Assembly: GCA_951406725.2 (NCBI GenBank) | Contig: OX597825.1 | Coordinates: forward strand, 34,906,001 to 34,970,000 | Origin: Octopus vulgaris | Lineage: Eukaryota | Direction of reading: 5' to 3' | Length of the DNA stretch: 64,000 bases | In this document: positions 1 to 13,250 of the stretch, piece by piece | Numbering within the stretch: position 1 is the stretch's first letter | Layout of the letters: each line of letters begins with the position of its first letter | The notes under the pieces: generated by a model | The model's input: only the letters and a program-made list of their open reading frames with translations | What the model was told of the DNA's origin: nothing | The model's database searches: none | Position numbers and translations under genes: made by a program

Positions 1-179
1 ACATGAAAAGTGAATACACACACATCTCTATTTTATATATTAGATATATATATATATAAATAATTGAGATTCAGTTGAATTAGGTATTTAAGTTGAAGCA
101 CCAAGTCAGTGTGGTATTATCCATACAACTCAAAGTAAGGTGAACAAAATCAAAATAAGCAACAATATATCAAGAGGTG

Positions 180-267
180 ATGCAGTATGACCGTTTCAAG
201 CAGCTCAATTTAATTGAACAATGCAATCATTACATCAGTTTAAATGCAGGGCTATCTTCAGCCACAT
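180..267 (-). ncRNA. Degenerate type I hammerhead ribozyme (family A)
   Basis: Minus strand reads augugg CUGAAGA [57 nt] GAAAC GGUC AUA cugcau. Stem I augugg/cugcau pairs; the triplet is AUA instead of GUA. Confidence 0.6.
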
Positions 268-945
268 AAATAAACAGAATTTTTAATCAGTTGGACACAT
301 TGATATAATTTTACTCAAATTCTCTAACAGAGCAAGAAGGAAAGAGTCCATGTTGCTACTAAAGTAGCTAAGAATATACTACACTTCTAGAACTGTATGA
401 AGTTCGTTGGGGTCATAGCTTGTAAAGGATTGTGGTTCATTTTTAATTTTTTAGTTTTTTTTTATCAACTACCAAATCTAAGGCTAGAGGACAGTGTCTG
501 TTTAGAATGGAAGGCAGGAGGTGAGTTGACAGTTTATAGTTGGGCATGGTCATAAATATTGGCAGGATTTTAGGATTTTTATAAGTAACTGTCTATAAAG
601 GAGGCTGGGTAGGGAAAGACCCCCAAATCAAGATGTTAATTAGCAGTTAAAGGGGCAAGACACTAATAAAACCTATGATGTTAATACAGAGGAAATTATC
701 ATTGGGTACTATAGATGATTGCATTTAAACAATATTATCATGATGTATAAAGATAAAATTTAAGATTACTAAAAATGATATTATAACCAGAATAAATAAA
801 ATGTGTATATATACCAATTTTCAACATTAGAATGGGAAGATTACATACAATTAATTTTAATATTCATTCCTGTACTTAATTATTTACTTATTATGTGGTT
901 TCTATAAAGATTGCTCTGGGTATTTACTTATGGAATACTTATGGA

Positions 946-996
<51 letters not shown>

Positions 997-1710
997 TACA
1001 TACACACACACGTGTGTGTGTTTGCTAGTGTCTGTTGTTCCTTTAGTTTTTGTTTACTTATACACATCAACAAATGAGCCAATGAGGTACTCTGTGTATG
1101 GTTGTTCACTTTGCTAGAAATAACAGCCAAATGTCCCTCATGCTATGCTCTTGTTAGTATTAAGGAAAGGGAAAATGTTTATTCCTCTCTATCATTATGA
1201 TTAAAATTAATATTTTTGATTTCGTTTGGCTATATGAATTTAATTTTTTAAAAATGTTTCTGTCCTTTGCTTGATACAGGAAATTGGAAAATCCTGACCA
1301 AATCAGAGAAATTCTAACTTGACAAAAAAATATAGAAAGAGAAAGAAAAGGTTCTGTTTTTCAAAATCAAAGGATGTGGTTTTAGCTAGGTGTAATTTTA
1401 TAATTAAAACAAATTCAAAATTTAAATTTCAGAACATAAAACGTACCACATTATCTGGTGTATAGTCGCAGTTCAAATAGGTACAAAACCTAAAACGTGT
1501 GTGTGTGTGTGTGTGTGTGTGATTGGGTCTTTAATAGCCTGGGGTCAATTTGAGTTCAATCGCAAAATGAATTCAAAACAGCAACACATGCAATCATATA
1601 CATACAAACATACCCATACATAATACCCACACATACACAAATACATACCTATCAGCCACTCCCAAAAGCCAGTTTGATCCAAAATTCTGACCACCATTCT
1701 TTATATATTT

Positions 1711-1744
<34 letters not shown>

Positions 1745-2513
1745 TCAGCTTTTTGCTTTTATTCATTTCTTTTTTTCCTTTAATTGTCTGTCACTATTCA
1801 TCTGTTTTTAGTTTTTGTTTTTGTTTTGGGGGTTTCACTTTAGTGACACCAGTTACACATAGTACCAGGAATTTGCTTGGTGTCATCAAAGTGGAAACAG
1901 CGTTTTTTTAAAGGTTTTGAAAATTTGAAACAAAAAAGGCATGGTTTTTTAAAACTATCACAGATGTGAAAATATGGCTACTACTCGTTAATTTGAAATT
2001 AAGCTTACCAAAGATGAGGGTCTTCCGCCGCCCCCCCTAGCGCTCCCAAGTTTTCTAACACCCTCTAGTGCCCAATTGCTCCAAATGGCCCCCATTGAGA
2101 ACCTTTGATATGCATCTATGCAAACGTGTGCATGTATGTATTTGAGCATCTGTGTGTCTGTTGAATGTTTACTAAACTACGTTCACTTAAGACTACTAAC
2201 AACGGCATCACTGTATTGAGTTTCCCTAGAGAAGATGATATAACTGTTTGTAGGTGGGGAACAACTGGTAACATTTGTTGGCATCTCTTACTATCAGATC
2301 AGCCATTAGCACCGTACTTTTGAATTCCTCTAGAATTAAAAAAAAATCCATATTGTTATATTTGGGGATGGTAAAATCTTTTTTTTTGTTAAGTACATAA
2401 ATGTAAAAAAAGTTCCTTACTTGAAAAACATGTTAATTGGAATGAACAAATGAATAGTATATCTCTACATGTCTTCATGTATCTGTCTATCAGTATATAT
2501 ATATATAAATATA

Positions 2514-2915
2514 GGCGCAGGAGTGGCTGTGTGGTAGGTAGCTTGCTTACCAACCACATGGTTCCGGGTTCAGTCCCACTGCGTGGCACCTTGGGCAAGT
2601 GTCTTCTGCTATAGTCCCAGGCCGACCAAAGCCTTGTGAGTGGATTTGGTAGACGGAAACTGAAAGAAGCCCGTCATATATATGTATATATATATATATG
2701 TGTGCGTGTAAATTGTGTGTCTGTGTTTGTCCCCCTAGCATTGCTTGACAACCGATGCTGGTGTGTTTATGTCCCCATCACTTAGCGATTCGGCAAAACA
2801 GACCGATAGAATAAGTACTGGGCTTACAAAGAATAAGTCCTGGGGTCGAGTTGCTCGATTAAAGGCGGTGCTCCAGCGTGGTCGCAGTCAAAATGACTGA
2901 AACAAGTAAAAGAGT
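2514..2915 (+). mobile_element. tRNA-derived SINE, family 1 (CORE-like); other copies include 16690-17110 (-), 20394-20760, 23720-24237 (-), 39135-39547 (-), 48682-49055, 49063-49456, 51644-52050
   Basis: A box tggctgtgtgg, B box ggttcagtccc, gcaccttgggcaagt core, internal (TA/TG)n, tail tgactgaaacaagtaaaagagt. Confidence 0.88.
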
Positions 2916-3268
2916 ATATATGATGGTAGTCTCTTGTAGTCCAAGAGAGGTGGTTTAGCAATTTAATACTGAACAACCTGCACAAAGGATTTGTTTAAAG
3001 CAATCAAATGTTTTTGCTGTACATTAATCTCACTCCGTCAATCCTCCTTCAAATTCATGTTGCCTGAACTGGTGCATGGTGAGCTACAGGTGTTGAAGTG
3101 ATCATGGAGCAATGTGAGATAAAGTGATTTTGCTCAAGAACACAACACATCACCTGCTCAAAAAATTGAAACCATGATGAAATGATCATGAGTGCAACAC
3201 CCTAATGACTAGGCTATACATCTTCACATATATATTTATGGACACACACACATATATGTATCTATCTG

Positions 3269-3365
<97 letters not shown>

Positions 3366-3413
3366 TTATGTATATATATATATCTATATGTGTGTCTTTT
3401 TCCATAACTTTAG

Positions 3414-3469
3414 GGTGAAATAACAGGTTGTACAGCTGATGGAGTTATTATTCTGGAAGACTCAATTAG
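3414..3469 (+). CDS. CTC1: CTC1 internal exon (first exon found in window), GEITGCTADGVIILEDSI(R)
   Basis: ctttag acceptor, gtaaga donor, phase 0 to 2. With the next exon it resembles human CTC1 GAVTG...GLYELDGQLGLCLAY (recalled, not aligned). Confidence 0.8.
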
Positions 3470-3769
3470 GTAAGAACACTTGTCAGGACAAACCTTTTGT
3501 TGTTATGAACTGTTATTTACACTATTGTTGTTGTGGTTGCTGATGCCCTCACATTGAGGCATCTTATTTAGTAATGTTATTGCAGTAGTTGCTACACACA
3601 CACACACACATACAGTATTTATGAACCAAAACCTGTGGAAACACGAGGCATTCTCACAAGTTTGCACCTGATGAATGAAAAATACTACTTAGAGTACAAG
3701 AATACAGTGAGCCTGTTACCCTAATGTATCAGATATCTCTGCATTGTTACTATCAATTTGTCTTTCCAG

Positions 3770-3869
3770 ACTGTACTTGTTGTATAATTTGGCTTTTGTA
3801 ATTTACAAACCTTTTCGAGTTGGCACTGTACTCCAAGTTTCCAATGTTCACCGAAAGTATTTTGGCAAG
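3770..3869 (+). CDS. CTC1: CTC1 exon, LYLLYNLAFVIYKPFRVGTVLQVSNVHRKYFGK
   Basis: tttccag acceptor, gtaagt donor, phase 2 to 0. FRVGTVLQVSNVH resembles CTC1 MRPGVCLQLQDVH. Confidence 0.88.
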
Positions 3870-4175
3870 GTAAGTTATATTTGGCTGTTTTTATTTATTC
3901 ATTTTCCTTTATTTTTCCCCTTTAGCTGTTGTTTGGTCATTGCATACTCCCAATTCCAGCAGATCTACAGGAGCTGTAAATCACACTTGTTTGGGAAGGT
4001 CTGAAGGTCTACAAGATGTGATGGAATATTCCCCTCATTCCAGCAGAGTGAGACTGTTGGGTGTGGCAGTTTGAATGCTGGATATTTGGTGCTGCTGACT
4101 GGACACTGAACCTGTTTCAGCAACAGTACTTTTTGATACTGGATGTAAACACACACACACACATATGTGCGCGTG

Positions 4176-4208
<33 letters not shown>

Positions 4209-4286
4209 ATACACACATGTACACATGCACACGTGTACACATACATACATTCACATGCTCACACATTTACACACACACACACACAT

Positions 4287-4317
<31 letters not shown>

Positions 4318-4363
4318 CACACTTGTACACATGCATGTGTCGGAAATATATACATATAGATAG

Positions 4364-4431
<68 letters not shown>

Positions 4432-5143
4432 TGAGTGAGTGAGTGAGAGAAAGTTATTAGAATTTCTTAATTCAACATGGTTGACATGAGCACTTTCCCT
4501 CTCCTCCTGCACATAAAGACACATCAAGAAATATGCTCGCACACATCAAGAGAGAGAAAGAGAGATAATTTATCAGTTGAACACAATTGACACAAACATT
4601 TTTCCTCTCTTCATACACATAAAGAGAGGAAAGGGAGAGAGAGGAGAGAAGGAGGGTCGCAAAGAGAGATAGAGAGAATGAAGGAGGGGCAGAAAAAAGG
4701 AAAGAGAAGGAATGAGAGTGAGAAAGAGAAAGAAGGGGAGATGCACATTACAATTTCTTTATTGAACACAATAAACATAAAGACTTTCCATCTCCTCAGA
4801 CACATAAAAAGAAATATGTCCACACACACATAAACAGAGAAAGAGAGAGAGAGGGATGAGAGAGAGAGTGACATTTAAACCTTTATCCCTTCAGCATTGA
4901 AACCAGCCATATCTGGCCCAAATATTTGACTTATTTTATATTCAAACAACCTGGATCTGCTCTCTTACATCAACCCTACAATGTCATCCTAAAAATAAAC
5001 AATCAAATCATCAAAATTTTAAAGCTGTGAGATGATGCATGATGAATTCAAAACAATGTAAATAAATATCGTTACAGTTGACAGAATAATCTGAATGCTA
5101 AAGAGTTAATGTCAAGTAAGGCAGCATTGAATCAGTGACACCA

Positions 5144-5237
5144 TACAGGTGTTCCAAAATGTCTCATATTCTCCTTCCTAGATTAAAATCTTTAATAACA
5201 GAAGTGAAATTCTGTGTGTCCATCTGAGACCCCTGTA
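5144..5237. mobile_element. Small Tc1/mariner MITE
   Basis: TA-CAGGTGTTCC...GAGACCCCTG-TA. Confidence 0.5.
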
Positions 5238-5802
5238 TCTCAGTCTACGTTTGCTCTAAACAGACTTATTATAACTTTTTGGAATCAGGGTGATCCCGGA
5301 ATTGAAAATTTGCCCTTCATTTGATTCTTGAACATCCAGCATTAGGGTCTGATTTAAAAGCATTTGGGTTGCTATTTCTAGCAGGTAAAGCTTGGCTGAT
5401 TCACGCCTTGGTTGGCATTTGTCAGTTGACATCAGAGATCAAGGGGGAGATAAATGACATTCACTTCATTAATTTTATGTTGAGATAAGAGCTATGGGAC
5501 AAATAAACCAACAACTGGAACTCAGATTGGAACTGGAGTAATAGAATGATTGCATTAGAGAATTAATTCTCACCTGATGAAACACCACTGGGGCATAACG
5601 TCATTATAGATGTATTATAGTCCTGCTATTTAGCTCTCTTTAGTTTTGGGCCACAGGCCCAATTAGCCCTTCACAGGAGCTAGCTTAAAAGTCTGCAAGG
5701 AGTGCGTCTTTTAAGCTAGTATAATAATAAGTGTTAAAAGGAAAACAAGAATATAATGAGGATGCCAATCATTGTCATTTCTGCGAGTGTCTTCTGTTGT
5801 AG

Positions 5803-5883
5803 GAAAACCAAGTGAGACTGTATTGCTGTGCCAGAAGTTGTATTAAAGTGTTGAAGTTTACTCAAATGACTTCCAGTATTTTG
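5803..5883 (+). CDS. CTC1: CTC1 exon, ENQVRLYCCARSCIKVLKFTQMTSSIL
   Basis: ttgtag acceptor, gtgagc donor, phase 0 to 0. LYCCARSCIKVLKFT resembles CTC1 LAPCLRGAVLLQSFS. Confidence 0.85.
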
Positions 5884-5934
5884 GTGAGCAACATTTTATT
5901 TATTTGAAGTTTATTCAGTTTTCAGTGCATTTGA

Positions 5935-6570
5935 ATGTCAGGCCTCATGGAGGCAAAGTGACTGAGTTCCTATTGAGTGTTGAGCCTCATGGAGGTGAGG
6001 TGGCTAAGTTCTTTTTGAGTGGGCCTCACAGAGGCAGGGTAACTGAGTTCCTTTCAAGCATTAGGACTCATGGAGGCTAAGTGGCCGAGCTCCTGGGCTG
6101 CATAGAGGTAAAGTGGCTGAGTTCCTTTTGAGTGTTGGACCTTATGGAGGCGAGGTGGCTGAGTTTTTTTTGAACAGGCCTCATGGAGGCAAGATGATTA
6201 AGTTTCTTTTGAGCGTTGGGCCTCATGGAGCAAAGTGGCTGAGCTCCTTTTGAGTGTTGGGCCTCACAGAGGCAATGACCAAGACCTTTGGCATTATGTC
6301 GTGCTTGAGAAGAAGACCCCTCAAGCCAAGCAAAATCGCAGTCATAGTACATACCAGTGTCATACAAATGGCACCTGTGTCAGTGATATCTAAAAGCACC
6401 CATTATACTCTCAGAGTAGTTGGCATTAGGAAGGGTATCCAGTCAGAGAAAACTATGCCAAATCAGACTGGATCCTGGCACAGCCTTCCAACCTTGCCAG
6501 CCTAGTCAAACTGTCCAACTCATGCCACCATGGACAATGGACGTTAAATGATGATGATGATGATGATGAA
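5935..6570 (+). mobile_element. RTE-family 3' region with about eight tandem 40-bp units and a (GAT)n tail
   Basis: Repeats of ggcctcatggaggcaaagtggctgagttcctttgagtgtt, then the common RTE tail. Confidence 0.7.
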
Positions 6571-7639
6571 GATGTTGTTTAGCCCAAGGACAGCTTTATT
6601 CAAGCAAACCTGTAATCAAAAATGTTTCAGCCTTGACTATTCCAACTTTATTTCAGACAATTATGTGCTCCAGTGTGCCACAAGGTCAATCATTTTGACC
6701 TTGTTGCACATTGTAAATATTTTAAAAGAAGATATCTTTAAGTTTAAAACCAATATATTACCATCATTAAGGTGACAAACTCTCAGAATTGTTAGCTTGC
6801 TGGGCAAAATGCTTAGTAGCATTTAGTTCATCTTTATGTTTTGAGTTCAATTTCTGCTGAGGTCGACTTTGCTTTTCGTCCTCTCATGGGTCGATAAAAT
6901 AAGTACCAGTTGAGCACTGTGGTCAATGTAATTGACTTGCCCCCGTCTCAGACTTGCTGGCCTTATGCCAAAATTTGAGACCAATATATCATCATCATTT
7001 AATGTCCACTTTTCTATCCTTGCATGAATCAGACAACATTTTTTCAAGCAGATTTTTTATTATAGCTGGATGCTTTTTCTGTCACCAACCCTCACCCGTG
7101 TGTGTGTGTGTGCAATAGCAGCAATGTCCCTGATGGATATGTGACCTTTTAGCACAGCTATTTGGCATTGCAGATTCAATGCTGACTAATTTGACATCAA
7201 ATATTTTAATGTTTTACTCATTCTTTCCTTCTCTCTCTTTCATCCCACTCTCTGGATGAGGACAGCTGCATAAAGAAGTGCCAATCTTTAATTGTAGAGG
7301 GAACTTGTGGAAGACATAGGATGAGGTGGTGAAATATGATCTTTTGTTGTTGAGTCTTACAGAGTTGATGACAAGTGGTTGAGATTTCTGGTGATTTGCT
7401 CTGCTTGAGAAGACACATCAAGTTAAGTGATATCATGGTTGTAGCCAGTGCTGGTGACACATGATAGACACCCAACACACTCTGTAAAGTTGTTAGGAAG
7501 GGCATCAAGCTGTAGAAACCGAATCAAAACAGATGACTGGAGCCTGGTGCAGTAAATTGCAATGTCTCTCTTTCCCTCTCCACTTTCTCTCTCTCTCTCA
7601 CTATTTTTATGTATTTATTTCCGTGCATATGCATGGCTG

Positions 7640-7960
7640 TTTGTCTCTTGTGCCAGAAAATACTGCCACCAAAACAGGTTCAATATCCAGTCAGCCTTCC
7701 AGATTCCTAGCGTTCAAACAGCTGCACCCAGTCCAGTCCCAAATATAGGAGCAACCCTCCACTGTAGATTTCACCTGATCTTTGTAGGATACCAGTAATT
7801 GCCAGGGTTTGAAATATTTTGTGGCCCCTGGAGAGAAAGGCAGTGTTTGGGATGTGGTCCCAGATATGTCAAGATTGTGCTTTTTCACCAGGACAGACCT
7901 TTTACTGATATTGCGACCTGACATTTGAAATGACTGTAAAGGCCTCTCGTAGCTCATGTT
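7640..7960 (-). mobile_element. CR1/Jockey-like LINE RT C-terminal remnant
   Basis: YFKPWQLLVSYKDQVKSTVEGCSYIW resembles the LLxLYKAQxRPxxEYCSxIW motif. Confidence 0.55.
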
Positions 7961-8148
7961 AGAAGAGATTATATTCTTGATACGAGTACTACTTGATACT
8001 CTTTTTTTACTCTTTTACTCTTTTACTTGTTTCAGTCATTTGACTGCGGCCATGCTGGAGCACCGCCTTTAGTCGAGCAAATACTCAGTCTTTATGAAAG
8101 CAACAGTACTACTGCTATTACTAATAATGAATTTTTATTTGATTCTAG

Positions 8149-8273
8149 CCCTTAAGAACCTCTTTTATCACTGTGAGGGCTATTCTGAAATTCAACCTTA
8201 GCCCTACTGAAATAGACACTATTCAATCAATGGAAGCTCAGTTTAACAGAATATCTCTATCTCTATTCAAAAA
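8149..8273 (+). CDS. CTC1: CTC1 exon, PLRTSFITVRAILKFNLSPTEIDTIQSMEAQFNRISLSLFK(K)
   Basis: ttctag acceptor, gtaagt donor, open frame. Phase 0 to 2 exactly bridges the flanking exons. Confidence 0.8.
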
Positions 8274-8307
8274 GTAAGTAATTATTATTATTATTATCAT
8301 CATCATC

Positions 8308-8625
8308 ATCTCCGCAACAAAAGAGAAGGTATTGCTTTCACTCATGTTTGTTTGTCTGTGGACAAGATATTTCAAGAACCACTGGATGAATTCGAATGAA
8401 ACTTTTAGGGATGTTTGGCCTTGTGACTGGCACGAGCTGATTAGATTTTGGGCTCAATCTGGTACTTTTTTTTTAGAGCGGTCGGGTTCATTTTTAGTAT
8501 TCTCGTTTGTGAGAACAGTCGAGTTTATTTCGGATATTCTCATTTTAAAAATCATTTCTGGCTAATTGTTGGGAGGATGTTGATGTTGCCTTGATGGAGG
8601 TTTGCGCTCTGTGAGTGCTCTTGTT
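8308..8625 (+). mobile_element. Helentron-associated non-autonomous element (HINE-like); related 5' part at 61900-62260
   Basis: ctccgc..aa start and ccttgatggaggtttgcgctctgtgagtgctcttgtt end (sub-TIR plus 3' hairpin), with a gtttgtctgt tract. Confidence 0.55.
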
Positions 8626-10390
8626 ATTATTAGTATAATAATTGGCAGAATCATCAGTGGTATTTATCTCATTTGTGGTATTTATCTCACGTCTTTACAA
8701 GTTCAAATCCTGCCTGTAGTATATTTCATAGTGGACATGGCTACTGACTTCATGTTTGGGAATATACTTGATGACAGTGAGAGTTGGAAAACTGGAACAA
8801 TGTGGCCAATCATCTCATCATACTGGTTACGTAGTCTTCATTTCATATAATAATCTTTCATTCATCATCATCATCATCGTTTAACGTCTGCTTTCCATAC
8901 AAGCATGGGTTGGACGATTTGACTGAGGACTGGTGAACCAGATGGCTGCACCAGGCTCCAATCTGATCTGGCAGAGTTTCTACAGCTGGATGCCCTTCCT
9001 AACGCCAACCACTCTGAGAGTGTAGTGGGTGCTTTTATGTACCACCGGCACGAGGGCCAGTCAGGCAGTACTGACAACGGCCACCCTCAAATGGTGTTTT
9101 TTATGTGCCACCTGCTGTAATTATTTGTGGCTTGGTATTGGTCCAGTGCAAAAAAAATTAGAGCTTCTATTTCTGTTTGTAGACCAGAGGTATTGAACCA
9201 TTGTTGATTTTCTCTATGACTTACTTCCTCTGTCATGTTTTGCAAGGTATTGGCTATGGAGTGGTTTTTCTCTCGTTATTTTTCTCTCCACACCTTGTGT
9301 CTCCTTTATAATGCTTTTGTATGTTGGATATCATTCAATGTCATGTTCATGAGTTTGGTGCAAAATTCCCTTTTAATTTTGTTTTTATCTTAGATATTTA
9401 CAGTTGCAGCTGCAGTTTTGTGCTTAAGAAGCTTGCTTCCCAACAACCATGTGGTCTTGGGTTCAGCTCCACTGCACAACACGTTGGGCAAGTGTCTTCT
9501 GCTGTAGCCCCAAGCTGACCAAAACCTTGTGAGTGTATTTGGGAGACTGAAACAGAAAGAAGTTTGTTGTACATACATACATACTTACATACATAGGTCT
9601 GGTGAGTCACCTACATAACTAAGTGCCTCATAGGTGCAAAACTAATGGCCACTCTCTCACTGGCCATAACAAACAACCTTCTAAATATACCTTTTATCTT
9701 CTACTTGTTTCAGTCATTGGACTGCAGCCATGCTGGGGCACTGCCTTGAAGAGCTTTTAGTTGTATGAATCAACTCCAGTACTTCCTGGCACTTATTCCG
9801 TCAGTCTCTTTTTGCTGATCTGCTAAATTAAAAGAACATAAACACACTAACAGCAGCCAGTTGTCAAGAAATGGTGGGGGACAAAGACAGGCACAAAGAC
9901 AGACAGACACGCACACACACGCACACACACACACACGCGCACACACACACATATAATAAGCTTCTTTCAGCTTCTGTCTACTAAATCCACTCACAGAGGC
10001 AATGACCAAGACCTTTGGCATTATGTTGCGCTTGAGAAGAAGACCCATCAAGCCGAGCAAAATTGCACTCATGGTACATACTGGTGTCATGTAAATGACT
10101 CCCATGTCAGTGGCATGTAAAAGCACCCATTACACTCTCAGAGTAGTTGGCATTAGGAAGGGCATCCAGTCATAAAAAACCATGCCAAATCAGACTGGAG
10201 TCTGGTGCAGCCTTCCAGCTTACCAGTCCTGGTCAAACCGTCCAACTCATGCCAGCATAGACAATGGATATTAAATGATGATGATGATGATGAAGGCTTT
10301 GGTTGATCTGAGGCTATAGTAAAAGACACTTGCCAAAGGTGCCATGCAGTGGGACTGAACCTGGAACCATGTGATTGAGAAGCAAAATAC

Positions 10391-10935
<545 letters not shown>

Positions 10936-11034
10936 GATTTCATCAGAATGTGTCTCTTTGCTAAACTGCTAAGTTCATGTGGTGGCATGTACCTCCTTAC
11001 AACAGTGTAAACATCATTTAATCAAACTACCCTT

Positions 11035-11118
11035 GACCTGAAGAGTAGTTTGTGGTATATACCTCACTTGGATATTTACTACTTCTGAGGTTCTGCTTGC
11101 TATGAAACAAATGCAGCC
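11035..11118 (+). ncRNA. Hammerhead ribozyme remnant (family B, right arm), cleavage triplet mutated
   Basis: gac CUGAAGA guag...cuau GAAAC AAAU GCA gcc. Confidence 0.55.
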
Positions 11119-11184
11119 CCTATATTATCTACTCTATTTCTTAACTTATGTGTATATATGTATATAAATATATATATATATAAT

Positions 11185-11821
11185 CCTTGCTTTCAGTTCA
11201 TCTTTGGTGTTACAAGGAATTTTGCTGGTCTCTCACTCAACTGCACACCACACATAAGAATCAAGTGGGGTTGCAGTCTGGGGAGTTAGGTCACCAGATG
11301 TTAGGGGTGATGTGATTGCAGAAATTATCTGACATCCATGACTGGGTTCTCCTGCTTGTGTGGCATGGTACAGAATCCTGTTGCCAGACATAGGATCTTC
11401 CGGTAGCCACTTTTCACCTAAGAGAGCACTGGCCTCCTCCAGGCATTTGATGTTGGCCCCCGTGTTGAGTCTGAGGCTGTGTGAGAAGATAAATGGAAGC
11501 ATAATGTCACCATCATTAGTGATCACTCCAAACACCATGATGTTGACTGGATGTTTGATTTTTATCAGTCTCGGTACATGTCCTCAGATTGACACCCAAA
11601 TACTCTGAAATGTTTGTATTGGAGCTTCTGGTGCAAATGCCAAACAGTGCAGCATATCATTTCCAAATTTCTGGAAGAGTGAATTGCGTCATGGTGCTGT
11701 TTTTCTCACAGACAGTGCCCAACTGCCCCTACTATACTGTGTAGTCAACAAAATCAAAAACAAACAATGCACATGTACGAAATTAAAAATATAAAATGGT
11801 GACAATCTACTCAATCGCACC

Positions 11822-11826
<5 letters not shown>
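11185..11826 (-). mobile_element. Tc1/mariner (maT/DD37D-like) transposon remnant
   Basis: TA+CAGGGTG terminus at 11826. Frameshifted transposase KHPVNIMVFGVITNDG...QQDSVPCH...W*PNSPDCNP..D.YVW. Confidence 0.85.
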
Positions 11827-11882
<56 letters not shown>

Positions 11883-12559
11883 TGGTTGGCATTAGGAAGG
11901 GTGTCTAGCTATAGAAACATTACCAGATCAGATTGGAGCCTGCTGCAGCCTCCTGGTTTGCCAGTCCTCAGTCAAACTGTCCATCCGATGCCAGCATGCA
12001 AAGCGGATGTTCAATGATGATGATGATGATGATATATATGTCTATATGTGTATATAATATTATGTGTTTGTGTGTACCATTGTCTAGACATCATGTGATG
12101 GTTGTAAATGACCATCACCATCTTACAGCCAATTTTGTTTGTTTCTAGTTTTCTATGAAAAATATGTCTGGTTATGTGGAAACATTACTTTACTTGGAAA
12201 CAGGTGAGGATGGCCAACAGGAAGGGCATCCGTATAAAAAATCTACCTTCACAAATTCCATCTGACCCATGGAAGCTTGGAAAAGTGGACATTAAAAGAT
12301 GATAAATGATGATGTGAGATAGGCACCTTCTGCTTTTGAGAGTGCTTCACCTCTGATCCAGTCGCAATAAATGCTCAATATGATATTCACTATGCATCTT
12401 GATTCATTGAGTTATCCATGAATGTAGATGATTTGCTTTTAAGTAGCATTTCATTTATTTTAAGACCATTTCATTTTGTTTGATTTCAGAAGTCTGTTTT
12501 ATTTTTCCGATTATTTTTTTTTTGTTTTTACTGGATGTTCATCTATTCAGCTATTTAAT

Positions 12560-12712
12560 CAATATGATAATGACCATCATTACCACCACCTCCTCCTCCT
12601 CATCATCATCATCATCATTGTGATCATCATCATCGTCGCCACAATCATCATAATTGTCATCATCATCATCATCACCACCATCACCATCATTATCATCATC
12701 ATCATCATCACC

Positions 12713-12754
<42 letters not shown>

Positions 12755-12800
12755 GTCATCATCATCATCATCTTCATTATCACCATCCCCATTACTACAA
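12560..12800. repeat. (CAT)n microsatellite; similar trinucleotide low-complexity tracts at 30390-30470, 36750-37130, 44620-44850, 57620-58470
   Basis: Direct reading. Confidence 0.9.
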
Positions 12801-13102
12801 CTGTTACCACCCACTGCTGCTCTTGTTGCCACAGAAACAGACCTATAAAATAAGTACCAGGCTTAAAAAATAAGTACTGGGTTCAGTTTATTCAGCTAAA
12901 CCTTTAATGGCAATGCCCCAGCATGGCCACAGTCCAATGTCTGAGACAAGTAAAAGATAGAGGTAAAAGCTAATAACCTGAAAATAATCTCAAGTTTGTA
13001 CAATTTTGTTCTGTTCTCTTTGCATTTTAGAAAATTTTGGTAAATTTCTCTTTCTTTTTACGTTTTTTTCTTTGTGTCTTGTTACTATTTCCTGCATCTT
13101 AG

Positions 13103-13250
13103 ATCTTCAGAACAACGTGAATTTGCTTGGGAAAGAATTCTGTCTCATGTCTTGAAGGCACGCAAATGTGTAAAGTCACGACAGTTTGTACAAGAGTTTA
13201 TTGAATATGAGCATTGTTGTCCAGCTTCTGCTAAGGAAGATGTCAGCTGT
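13103..13250 (+). CDS. CTC1: CTC1 exon, SSEQREFAWERILSHVLKARKCVKSRQFVQEFIEYEHCCPASAKEDVSC
   Basis: catcttag acceptor, gtaagt donor, phase 2 to 0. RQFVQEFIEYEHCCP resembles CTC1 RNAHNEILEEPHHCP. Confidence 0.88.

Noticed and set aside
2192-2370. Possible upstream CTC1 exon (for example 2334-2370, IKKKSILLYLGM)
   Set aside because: The phase could fit, but the splice signals are weak and there is no recognisable similarity.
2514-2590. tRNA gene
   Set aside because: The A and B boxes belong to a SINE head; there is no full cloverleaf and it continues into the SINE body.
3668-3690. CTGATGA followed closely by GAAAA
   Set aside because: No stem II or stem I pairing; likely a chance match.
5576-5640. 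CTGATGA motif
   Set aside because: No downstream GAAA with paired stems.
5935-6290. CRISPR-like repeat array
   Set aside because: Contiguous degenerate units with no unique spacers, in a eukaryotic context with no cas genes.
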